Shown in pieces: positions 53,858-64,000 of a DNA stretch of 64,000 nucleotides. The translations under genes were made by a program, and so were the position numbers. The stretch is taken from the NCBI GenBank assembly GCA_951406725.2, contig OX597818.1, positions 44,454,001 through 44,518,000 of the forward strand, written 5' to 3'. Source of the DNA: Octopus vulgaris. Its lineage: Eukaryota. The notes under the pieces are model-generated. The model was not told where the DNA came from, searched no databases, and saw only the letters and a program-made list of their open reading frames with translations. Every line of letters starts with the position of its first letter. Within the stretch, counting starts at the first letter, position 1.

Positions 53858-54124
53858 TACTAAATAAATTACTATTTATTCAATGTGAGAAAGGAAACAC
53901 CCTTGGGCCATTTAGTTTCTGGTTTGGCCTCTAAGACTGATGAGAGGAAGTTATCCTCAGACCAGAACCTGACCTGATGCTTTTGACTGAATGAACTCTA
54001 CCAAAGATACCCAAAGACCAGGTGGTGGATATACCCAATAGAGTTGGGTATATTTAGTAGAGTTCACTCTTCTAAAGGTACCCAACAAACCAGGCTATGG
54101 ATTATATCTACAACCAAGGAATCT

Positions 54125-54712
54125 TCATCATCATCATCATCATCATCATCATCGTTTAACATCCGTTTTCCATGCTAGCATGGGTTGGACGGTTCAACTG
54201 GGGTTTGGGAAGCTAGAAGGCTGTGCCAGGCCTAGTCTGATCTGGCAGTGTTTCTACAGCTAGATGCCCTTCCTAACGCCAACCACTCTGTGAGTGTAGT
54301 GGGTGCTTTTTATGTGCCACCTGCACAGGTGCCAGACGAGGCTGGCAAACGGCCAGAATCGGATGGTGCATTTTATGTGCCACCGGCATGAGGGCCAGAC
54401 GAGGCTGGCAATGGCCACAATCGGATGGTGTTTTTTTACGTGCCACCGGCATTGGGGCCAGACGAGGCTGGCAACGGCCACAATCGGATGGTGCTTTTTT
54501 ACGTGCCACTAGCACGGAGGCCAGTCAGGGCAGCGCTGGTAATGGCCACGTTCAGATGGTTCTCTTATGTGCCACGGCACTGGTATCACAGCTACAATTT
54601 CCATTGATGTTGATTGATTTCGATTTTGATTTTGATTTTTGATTTTTGATTTTCACTTGCCTTAACAGGTTTTCACAAGTAGGGTTTGTGTCACAAGAAG
54701 GAAAGGTATGCA
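54125..54712 (-). mobile_element. Repeat family E, long copy with about four ~60-bp tandem units
   Basis: (CAT)n start; repeated GCCAGACGAGGCTGGCAA.GGCCA.AATCGGATGGTG..TTTTA.GTGCCAC. Confidence 0.8.
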
Positions 54713-55039
54713 TAGCTAGCTACAAGTACCACAAGGCAACTCATCCAATGCCCTAACAACTCTGTCACTGCTCTATGTTCTAACGATTTTAACAATGAAT
54801 GGAGAATTATGGAAATACAAACATTAAACAGCCTTTTAACATTATTTACTCATTCATTTGCTAAAAAAATAACAGAAATCACAAAGATTATGTTTGAGCA
54901 TATATTTCTTGTTAAATGAAATGAAATATGAACATGAAGCCTTAATGAGTTAGTTATTATCACTGAATATGTGGAAGGTTTAGAGAAGAAATTCCAGTTA
55001 TGGAAGCAAAAATTAGAAACTTTATTCTAGTTTCTGCTT

Positions 55040-55403
55040 GGCGTGGCTGTGTGATAAGAAGTTTGCTTCCCAACCATTGCATGGCACCTTGAGCAAGTGT
55101 CTTCTACTATAGCTATGAGTCAACCAAAGCCTTGTGAGTGGATTTGGTAGAGGGAAACTGAAAGAAGCCCTTCATATATGTGTGTGTGTATGTGTGTGTT
55201 TGTGTGTTTGTCCCCCCCACCATCGCTTGACAACTGATGTTGGCGTGTTTACATCCCTGTAACTTAGCGGTTCAACAAAATACACCGATAGAATAAGTAC
55301 TAGGCTTACAAAGAATATGTCCTGGGGTCGATTCATTCGACTAAAGGGTGTGCTCCAGCATGGCTACAGTCAAATGACTGAAACAAGTAAAAGAATAAAA
55401 GAA
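55040..55403 (+). mobile_element. SINE family A
   Basis: Homology to other copies. Confidence 0.8.
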
Positions 55404-56508
55404 TATCTGAAATTTTCATCATACACCTGCAATGTGGTCACTGCATAGGAGATGCATCATTGACCCAATTACAGTTGTATGACAAAAGTTTGACACCTCT
55501 AGAAATTAATGGAATATGATTTTAACAAATTTTGTGTTTTTAAATGATAAAAATGGCTCTTCCATGATGAAATAAAAAATTATTTTGTAAAATATTTCAG
55601 ATGATTCTAAAACGTTCATAACTGAATATTAATATATTGGAATAACATAGAAAGCTATCACACATTTGTTTACATTTAAAATTTAGGTAGATTTACATAA
55701 AAAATAAATTCTAGCAAAAGAATACATAGCAATGAAGCAGAATGAAAAAAAATGAAGCAAGCCCGACAAAGTCATCTGATAAAAGGAGAAAGATAAATAG
55801 GAGGTGTGTGATGTGTGATTGAATACCACATTCACATTACACACACAGACACACAAATAAATGATCAAGTAAATAAAAAAATACACAAGCCTAGTATAAA
55901 TCAGATTTGTAATATTATATACTAGTAATATAACCTACGTTTCTTCAAGGAAAATGTAATCCGACGTTGAATAAATGCATGTATATGTAAACAAACATAC
56001 ATTCACCCAGAGCCACTCATCTTTCATTTCTTGGAAAGAAACGTAATCACATCCGAAACAACACGTGTATGTAAATATCCGTGTATTCCTATAACTGAAT
56101 GCAGATAGGTATCTACATATACCATCATTGCCATAGTCACCAACACTGCCTTCTTCCACCACCACCACCACCACCGCCGCCACCAATAAAGGGACCTTAG
56201 AACCTTATGCATTCTCCATGCACACACACACACACACACACAGTGCATTCATTTAGATTTATTATTTCGGCTCATACCACTCTTGTAGTGAAACCATGAA
56301 ATCCGTTCATACAATTATTTACAAACTTAATCTACATATATCTCTACTTACACTTACTCAAAAATATTCACACTAGTTTATGTACCAATAACATAACCCA
56401 ACTGAAGGTTATTGATAAAAATAAAATAACCATAATAGATAATATAGACCACCCTATAGAAAATAGGTCATCCTATACAATATAAACTATCCTAAACAAT
56501 ATAGAACT

Positions 56509-56658
56509 GTACATTATTTACATTTGACGGATATTTGTCCACATCTTGTTTGTTGTTAACACAATGTTTCAGCTGGTATACCCTCCAGCCTTCATCAGCT
56601 GTCTTGGGGAAATTTTGAACCTGGGTTCTCATTCCTAAGGTATTTTTCAATGTTGTTA

Positions 56659-56699
<41 letters not shown>

Positions 56700-57055
56700 A
56701 TTATTCAAGTCACTGCTTGGAATTGAATTTGGAATCTTGGGGTTAGTAGCCCACACTCTTAACCACTACACCATATGCCCATAGTTGTGGTGGTTAAGAG
56801 TGCAGGCTACTAACCCTAAGATTCCGAGTTCAATTCTAAGCAGTGACTTGAATAATATTAATAATAATAATAATAAAAACAATATCGAAAAGTACCTTAG
56901 GAATGAGAACCCAGGTTCGGAATCTCCCCAAGACACCTGATGAAGGCTGGAGGGTATATTAGCTGAAACATTGTGTTAACAACAAACAAGATGAGGATAA
57001 ATATCTGTCAAAAGTAAATAATGTACATAATTCCTCATCTCTTAGATATAGAACT
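56509..57055. mobile_element. Palindromic tRNA-headed, hammerhead-tailed element, copy 2 (opposite orientation)
   Basis: Arms centred near 56781; HHR at 56932-56977 (+); ATATAGAACT repeated at 56499-56508 and 57046-57055. Confidence 0.85.
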
Positions 57056-57165
57056 TTCGGGGTCGATAAATTAAGTACCAGTTACGCACTGGGGTCGATG
57101 TAATCGACTTAATCCCTTTGTCTGTCCCCTCTATGTTTAGCCCCTTGTAGGCAATAAAGAAATAA
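57056..57165 (+). mobile_element. SINE family B 3' part
   Basis: TTCGGGGTCGATAAATTAAGTACCAGTTACGCACTGGGG. Confidence 0.75.
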
Positions 57166-57384
57166 GGGATTTGTAAATATTGATGCATATTTACATATCC
57201 CATATTAGATACTAGCTCCTGTGGAGGGGTCTTCATTGGGCCTTGGGCCCAACAATGACACTTCATGCATTGAGTACATATTAAATTTTATTAAACTTGA
57301 ACAATATTTTTCAAGCAATGAACAATTTTCACCAAAACAATGATATAATTTGTTGACTTGCGACAGATTGCAAAGCTGCATGAT

Positions 57385-57478
57385 AAACAACATGTTTTTG
57401 TCTCCTCATTTAGGGTCAGTACAAATAGCTTGTTTCCATTCCCTACCCTTGAACAACCAACATATAGCTGGCTGTAGG
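57385..57478 (-). pseudogene. Helitron/PIF1-type helicase C-terminal remnant
   Basis: SQLYVGCSRVGNGNKLFVLTLNEETK resembles helicase motif VI GQLYVA.SRV and the following Helitron residues. Confidence 0.6.
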
Positions 57479-59111
57479 CAACAATAAACTTACCGTTTAA
57501 AAGTTCAACGATAATTCTTCTGCTGCCACTTAATTTAAAGACAATTTGATGCACGTAGGGCCTTACTTTTCATAGGAATTACAACTGTGTTTCGTGGTCT
57601 GCTACCACAATAGCTCCTTTATAGGATCCAGTTAGCTCAAGACATCATCAGGAGGAACCACATCTGGTTTCAGCCCCTACTCCTCTACCGTTTTGACGTG
57701 GTGATCCCCCCCCCTTTCGGAGGTGTCTTCAGCTCTGGTGTTGGGTGCATGTCTTCTTTTTTCTTCTTCTTTCTTCTGTTCCCTGGCCTCTTCGATGTAT
57801 TATCAGCGAGAGTCAGCCGGTGACTGACTGTCTTGTCAAATTTTTCCCTTTAAATACCTGCCACTAGGCTCCAGCATCAGCCCCGACAAGTTGTCATGTG
57901 ACACTGTCTCACTTTAACTGACTAATGAAGGCACGTAGTTTTAGCCTGCAGATTCTCTAAACAACCGTCACCTATTATTTGTAGTAGCTAGTATGTATCC
58001 AAACTCCTGTTCGTAGTTTGAAGGAAAAGTTCACCACTATTGCTAAACACTATTTTAAAGTGTGATTTTTATGGTTTGGAATTGCTATAAACGTATTTGA
58101 CCATAAAGATGTTTGAAATTTAATATTTTTGAAGTTAATAATAAAATTAATTGAATCTATTTTCTTGCAGTCAGAGTGCACTAAGTTTTCATAGCTCCGA
58201 TGGCCGACAGCATGAAAATAGGTCTGACAAATTTTATTAATATCTGAAAATGTACTAAGTTTCCAACATTTTTATGGTAGAGAGTTATGAGAGGTAATAT
58301 CGTATGAGAGAGTGAGTTCAAGACATATTTCAGTTCTGAACGTTATGAAGCACTGTTTATGGTTAAATTACTAGATACAATTATAATATTTAGAGAAAGA
58401 TTTTTTTTCAAAATGTTTATTTTGGAAATTACTTTTGGAAATAGTTATAACATTTAGAGAAATATTTTTTTCAAAATGTTAGGATTAAGAGAAAACCAAG
58501 AATGAAGAATAGTAGAAGAGTCATTGAATAGTGAGAGAGAGGTAAAACATGAGGAACAGCAGAAGTGTCATTAAATAGTGAAAGAGGGGGTCGGAGTAAA
58601 GTTGAAAAAGTGTGACACACTGACACACTGATATTTGCTTTCGCATTTATTATTATAGATTGATATGTAAAAATTTGCATGCAGACACACGTTTCCTGCA
58701 AATTCTGTCTCTCTTACACTCACATTGGTTGGCCTGAGGTTATAACACTTATTTAAGTCACTTATTTAAAATACTGTGCAGTAAAACTAAAATTGAAACC
58801 ACATGGTTAGGCAGTAGGGCAAATTGAATTTCCAAGTCCCTTTTGACACATATTATTTTCCCTTTCTCAAGGAAACGGATGACAGTTTTCTCAAAGTTTT
58901 GGCTATGTAATTTTCATTGGATTATTTACATTACATACACACACATACAAGTTCATATCACACCACATTTAATTATAATTGAGAAATAAGACCCATACAA
59001 AGGGTTAAAATTTTTTTCATGAAATCAAAGCTACAATAATATTTGTCTTTTTTACATACATTATAATAATGATAAACATATATATATAGAAGAAAAATAA
59101 GGAATTCTCAC

Positions 59112-59264
59112 CAGTCGAGTGGGTTTTGGCTCTCCACTATTACTCTTCAAGCTTTTAACTGCTTTTTTCCACATGCCTTTGATACTTGCAGAGGAATGTG
59201 CTTTTTTTGATTCTTGATCAGTTCCTTCAACAGCACCATTGTGCTTCGGGCTTAAGACTTCGAT
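59112..59264 (-). CDS. Internal coding exon (153 nt, phase 0/0) of an unidentified host gene: IEVLSPKHNGAVEGTDQESKKAHSSASIKGMWKKAVKSLKSNSGEPKPTRL
   Basis: Minus strand reads ttcttttcag|ATCGAAGTC...ACTCGACTG|gtgaga. Canonical acceptor and donor, open frame of 51 codons, non-repetitive protein-like sequence. Not in the supplied ORF track. Confidence 0.8.
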
Positions 59265-60374
59265 CTGAAAAGAATTGTAATAAATAAATTTAGGAAAGAA
59301 TTCATAAGATTTAAAGCAATATATTTTATATGTTCGTGCGTAAGTTGCACTATTTCATACTTCATTTTAACTGAAAAACTGGGGTGCAACTTATATAAAA
59401 GACGAAACTGGTATCAAGTTTGTATATAAAGGGAAATAAATTTGTACCAAGATTTAACACTAGATAATGGGTGCTACTTAAACATGAGAAAATAGGGTAA
59501 GCAGAACTAAATATTGGGTTTCAATCATCTATTATATAAAATCTGTTCAGCCCGTGTGTGTGTCTTCTAGCATCTCGGGCATCCTCCATCCAATTGTGCT
59601 CAAATTTGATATATAGATACCGATGGTATCAGGGCGTGTATAAGTCTTGAAAAAATTACATAAATCGATTCCAGGTGAGAATGCTATCGATAAAGCCATG
59701 GGAACGTGCATTTGTACGCGCAAGTACATCAGCTGTTGCGATTGATACTACGCGTATGCGAGAAAAAAGCATGTGCAGTTTGTGCAAAAAATGCTGGCTG
59801 GCTTGAAATAATGCCACAGAATGCAGTATATTTAAGAGCCCAAAAAAGTAAGATGTAAAAGAGATATTTTCTTCAAACTTGGCATGAAAGAAGGAAAGAC
59901 TATTTGGTTTCTCAAGAAGTTTTTTTTTTGCCTTAACTTCGTTTAACAAAACTAAAAATTATATTGAAATAAAGGCATGCTTAATTATTTTTTAATGAGA
60001 AGAAAACACTGATTGCTTTTTATTCAGCAGATATAATTCAGCACCGTCCTTTTGCTCATAATTAATATTAATGATGATAATAGTGATAAGTACTGCAGTG
60101 AAAAGAAGGAAAACAAACAATAAAGATTTGTCTCAAATATTGCATTTCCATGGTTGAGCCACTTATCTCAGCACCAAGTGGCAAAAAACGGTAACTTTCC
60201 TCAGCATGTAAACATATTTTTTTCATCCATTTCCACTATGTCTACTAAGTTTTACAGTGAAACAATGCTAGTATTAAGTATGAGTGATTGAATTAACACC
60301 AGTCCGTGAATAGTGTAACTGATTTTGCTTAATTACATAACAGACGATTGTATAATCTGGTTATTTGTATTTTA

Positions 60375-60970
60375 TTATTTACTTGTTTCAGTCATTGGAC
60401 TGTGGCCATGATAGGGCATCAGGCAGAAGGTTTTCGTAGAACAAACTGATCCCAGTATGTATTTTTAAAATTGTGTATATATTCTATCGATTCTTTTGCT
60501 GAACCACTAAGTTATGGGGATGTAGAAAAGAAAACCAACACTAATTGTCAAGAGGTGAGAGTGACAAACACAGACACAATGATACATGTACACACACACA
60601 CACATGCACATGTACACAGACACAATGATACATGCACACACACACACACATGCACATGTACACATACACAATGATACATGTGCACACACACATGCACATG
60701 TACACACACACAATGATACATGTGCACACATGCACATGTACACACATACAATGATACATGTGCATGCACACATGCACACACACACACATAAATGACAGGC
60801 TTCCATGAAATTTCTGTCTACCAAATTCACTCACAAGGCTTTGGTCAGCCTGGGATTAAAGTAGAAGATACTTGACCAAGGTACAGCACAGTGAAACTGA
60901 AACCCAAACCCTGTGATTGCTAGCAACCACATAGTTTGGGTTCTTAACTACACAACCATGCCTGTGCCTG
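60375..60970 (-). mobile_element. Degenerate family A SINE with an internal minisatellite
   Basis: SINE flanks; repeated ACAATGATACATG(T/C)..CACACACATGCACATGTACAC at 60570-60785. Confidence 0.75.
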
Positions 60971-61409
60971 CATAAGTATGGAACCCTTTAGCATCTTGAC
61001 AAGTCAACTGCAGAAGCAAATAAAGTAAAATTTGGTGAAAGCATATCACTTTGTTGTTTTCAGTATTGACATTAGCCACTTTGCTACACGTGGAAGCTGT
61101 CAATATGGTACAGAGAATGAGGAGTTAGGAGAAGTCAAGGCTCTTGGAGTCTTGAACTGCAAATGATGTAGCCATTAGGGAAGTTAAGATTAGAATACAT
61201 CTAGTTAGTTGATAATCAGGCAAACATACAAGCCAGATAGGTTTCACACTGACTACAAAACAGGACAGGCAGCTTGTTTGGAATACTAGAATCTTAGCGG
61301 AACTTTTGTTATCACTAATTCTGAGAAGAAAGAGATATGGAAATGTTACCATGGGAGGTTGCTGAATATGGAGAGTACATGTGTGTGTGTGTGTGTGTGT
61401 GCATGTGTG

Positions 61410-61685
61410 GAGAGGTCAGTAGCATTTTGGGACACTGTCATATTTTCTGATGAGTCCAGATTTGCTGTATTTCCTGACAGTGGTCAAGTGTGGGTTTGGA
61501 GACTCTGTGATCAAGAATTTGATGTGAAAAGACTGCAGCCAACAATGAAACATGGTAGCTATTTTGTGATGGTTTGGGGAGCAATTTGGAGCAATGGTTG
61601 ATTAGACCTGGCGAAGTGTGAGGGAAACATAAACTCAGATAAATAAGCGTCTATATTACAGAAAGGACTCCTTCCAATCTCCAGT
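61410..61685 (+). pseudogene. Tc1 transposase fragment (first catalytic D region)
   Basis: [13 protein letters not shown]...VWVWR...[18 protein letters not shown]...EGNINSDK. Confidence 0.85.
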
Positions 61686-62214
61686 GGTACATGTGTGTGT
61701 GTGTGTGTGAGAGAGAGGTCTACCAAGGTAGACCCAGCAGTAGTTTGACAGGAGCTGGCTAACTGGAGGGCTGCACCAGGCTCCAACTGTCTGTTTTAGC
61801 ATGGGTTTTATGGAGAGAGAGAGAGAGAGAGAGGTCTACCTAGGTAGACCTAACAGAGGGAGCAGCTATTCAAGATAATAGTCATACATACAAAAGTGCA
61901 ATTAAAGAGACAAAGGCAGAAAAGCAGCTGGAACATCGGGGATAGTTGTTGAGCTGTTGAAAAATATCTGGCAAAATATGACACATGCTGCTCTCTTACA
62001 TAATGAGGTAGTACAAGGAAGAGTCATTTCCAATGACTGATTGAGCAGTGTTATTATCAAGTGCAACAAAGACAAAATAGAGATGCTTTAGATGGAGACA
62101 ACTACATGCGTATCAAATTGATGGGCCAAGTAATGGAAGTAACATTCATATAGGAAATGGTAAATCATGAAATTTCAATAGATCATGGTCATGGTAGTCT
62201 TCACAGCTGTTGGT

Positions 62215-62450
62215 GCTGTTGTTGTTGTTAAGCAACAAGATGGGTAAGGGCGATTTGGTAATGGTCTAGGGCTTAGGGGTAGGAGACCCCCAGACCTTGG
62301 GGAAAAAAAAAACTTTGGTCATCTTGTTGTAGTCGAGGGCTCTTCATTGACACCCCGACACCACTGGGAGGTGGCCCTTGAAGTCGCTGGAAATGGAGAT
62401 CTCCAGGTCCAAATTCTTGAATGGCTGCTGTTGGTGCTGCCACTGCTGCT
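62215..62450 (-). repeat. Inverted copy of the 41135-41365 repeat
   Basis: Reverse-complement homology. Confidence 0.7.
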
Positions 62451-62469
62451 TGTTTTTTGTTTGTTTGTT

Positions 62470-62802
62470 GAGTGTCTCAGGACTGTCTGCAGTCCGAAAC
62501 GTGGTCCTTTGCTATTTGTAAGACCCGCAGAAGAGAAAGCAGGTCAACCCCCAACACCGAGAGCATCGACGGATGGATGTGCATCCAGGCTCAGCGGCTG
62601 CATAGGAAGTCACGGACAAGAAACAGGGAGAAACTTGGAGCAAAAGAGTACAACAGGGGTTGCCACCACCCCTTGCCGGAGCCTCAAGGAGCTTTAGGTG
62701 TTTTCGCTCAATAAACACACACAACGCCCGGTCTGGGAATCGAAACCGCAATCCTCTAACCGCGAGTCCGCTGCCCTAACCACACGGCCATTGTGCCTCC
62801 AC
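62470..62802 (-). mobile_element. tRNA-derived SINE, head C + tail Y
   Basis: Minus strand GGAGGCACAATGGCCGTGTGGTTAGGGCAGCGGACTCGCGG...GGTTTCGATTCCC; 3' tail unrelated to the other copies. Confidence 0.8.
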
Positions 62803-63029
62803 TGCTGTTGGTGCTGCCACTATCACCACCATCTCTACCACTACTGCCACCATTGTCATCATATGTTCACTTAGAAAAGCAGACATATGATGACAATGTG
62901 TTGAGCTTTCAAATGTTATTGCTTCCTGTGTGAATTTGGTTGTGTTGGAATTTCAATCACCATGGCTGTACATTTAAACTCAGAGAAATGGAAAATGGTT
63001 CAAACTTGTGATGCGGGATCAGAATCTTC

Positions 63030-63520
63030 TTCTTTAGGCACCATGTCCAGAATGTAGGACATGGGTGATTATGTCCTGCCACGATTCTCTGTTCTTTGTT
63101 ATCTGCAACAGTTCCACTTCCTGATATTTAATGCTTCTTTCTTCCAGCCCGTTTGTCAAGTTTCACATCTATATCATCCTTCTCCTTCCTCTGGTTCTTT
63201 TCCCTTCAATCTTTCTTGTCACCTTTAAATTCTCCAACTCCTCTTTCCTCATCACAGGATCAAGAAATCTCAGTTGCTTGGCCTTTATCTCATGAAGCAG
63301 TTTTCTATTTACCACAGCCTGGGTCATCACTTCTTCATTAGACACTTTGTCCATGCTATCCTAAATATTCTCCTGAAGAACCACATTTCACAGCTCTCTA
63401 GACACCTTCTCATTTCTGATGTTATAGACCATGCCTCACTTCCATATATTCACACAAGGTAGACACAGCAGTTCAATATATGGGTTTTAATGCTCAGAGT
63501 ACAGTTTCTCAGGGTGTTAT
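63030..63520 (-). mobile_element. RTE-clade LINE 3' remnant
   Basis: MDKVSNEEVMTQAVVNRKLLHEIKAKQLRFL..VMRKEELENLKVTRKIEGKRTRGRRR. Confidence 0.8.
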
Positions 63521-63537
63521 GCAATTTTGAGAATACC

Positions 63538-63940
63538 CTCTTTTACTCTTTTACTTGTTTCAGTCATTTGACTGTGGCCATGCTGGAGCATCACCTTTAG
63601 TTGAGCAAATTGACCCCAGGACTTATTCTTTGTAAGCCTAGTACTTATTTTATTGGTTTCTTTTGCTGAACAGCTAAGGTACGGGGATGTAAACACACCA
63701 GCATAGATTGTCAAGCGATGTTGGGGGGACAAACACAGACACACAAATACATACATATATATATATATACATATATACGACGGGCTTCTTTCAGTTTCCA
63801 TCTACCAAATCCACTCACAAGGCTTTGGTCAGCCCGAGGCTATAGTAGAAGATACTTGTCCAAAGTGCCATGCAGTAGGACTGAACTCGGAACCATGTGG
63901 TTGGTAAGCAAGCTACTTACCACATAGCTACTCTTATTCC
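63538..63940 (-). mobile_element. SINE family A
   Basis: Homology to other copies. Confidence 0.85.
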
Positions 63941-64000
63941 TACGAATGCAGATTTTTGCCAGTACTATTCATCTTTTGATCTCCTTTACAGATCTTGCAT

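Noticed and set aside
54295-54570. Regularly spaced repeats suggestive of a CRISPR array
   Set aside because: Eukaryotic context, no unique spacers and no cas genes; it is a tandem unit inside a retroelement.
62478-62512. GGACTG TCTG CAGTCC-GAAAC-GTG-GTC, resembling the 3' half of a hammerhead
   Set aside because: No CUGANGA or UUGANAA upstream and no helix I.

Overview
AT-rich, repeat-dense animal genomic DNA. The microsatellite load and the tRNA-derived SINE families match what I recall from octopus (coleoid cephalopod) genomes; this assignment is an inference. Most ORFs in the supplied track are microsatellite or SINE read-throughs. The window appears to be largely intronic sequence of one minus-strand gene. 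Two phase-compatible coding exons are visible (59112-59264 and 21374-21443), separated by about 37.7 kb. The rest is SINEs (at least five families, with shuffled heads and tails), LINE remnants (CR1, RTE, R4/Dong-like), a Penelope-type RT fossil, Tc1/mariner fossils, hAT and piggyBac MITEs and non-autonomous Helitrons. The most striking signal is a set of unrelated small elements, mostly fold-back palindromes, that carry minimal Penelope-type hammerhead ribozyme (HHR) motifs, including U3-A8 core variants. One is a ~550-bp palindrome joining a Pol III tRNA head to an HHR tail. It occurs twice with the same asymmetric centre, so it seems to move as a unit. Repeat boundaries were read by eye and are approximate unless TSD/TIR positions are given.
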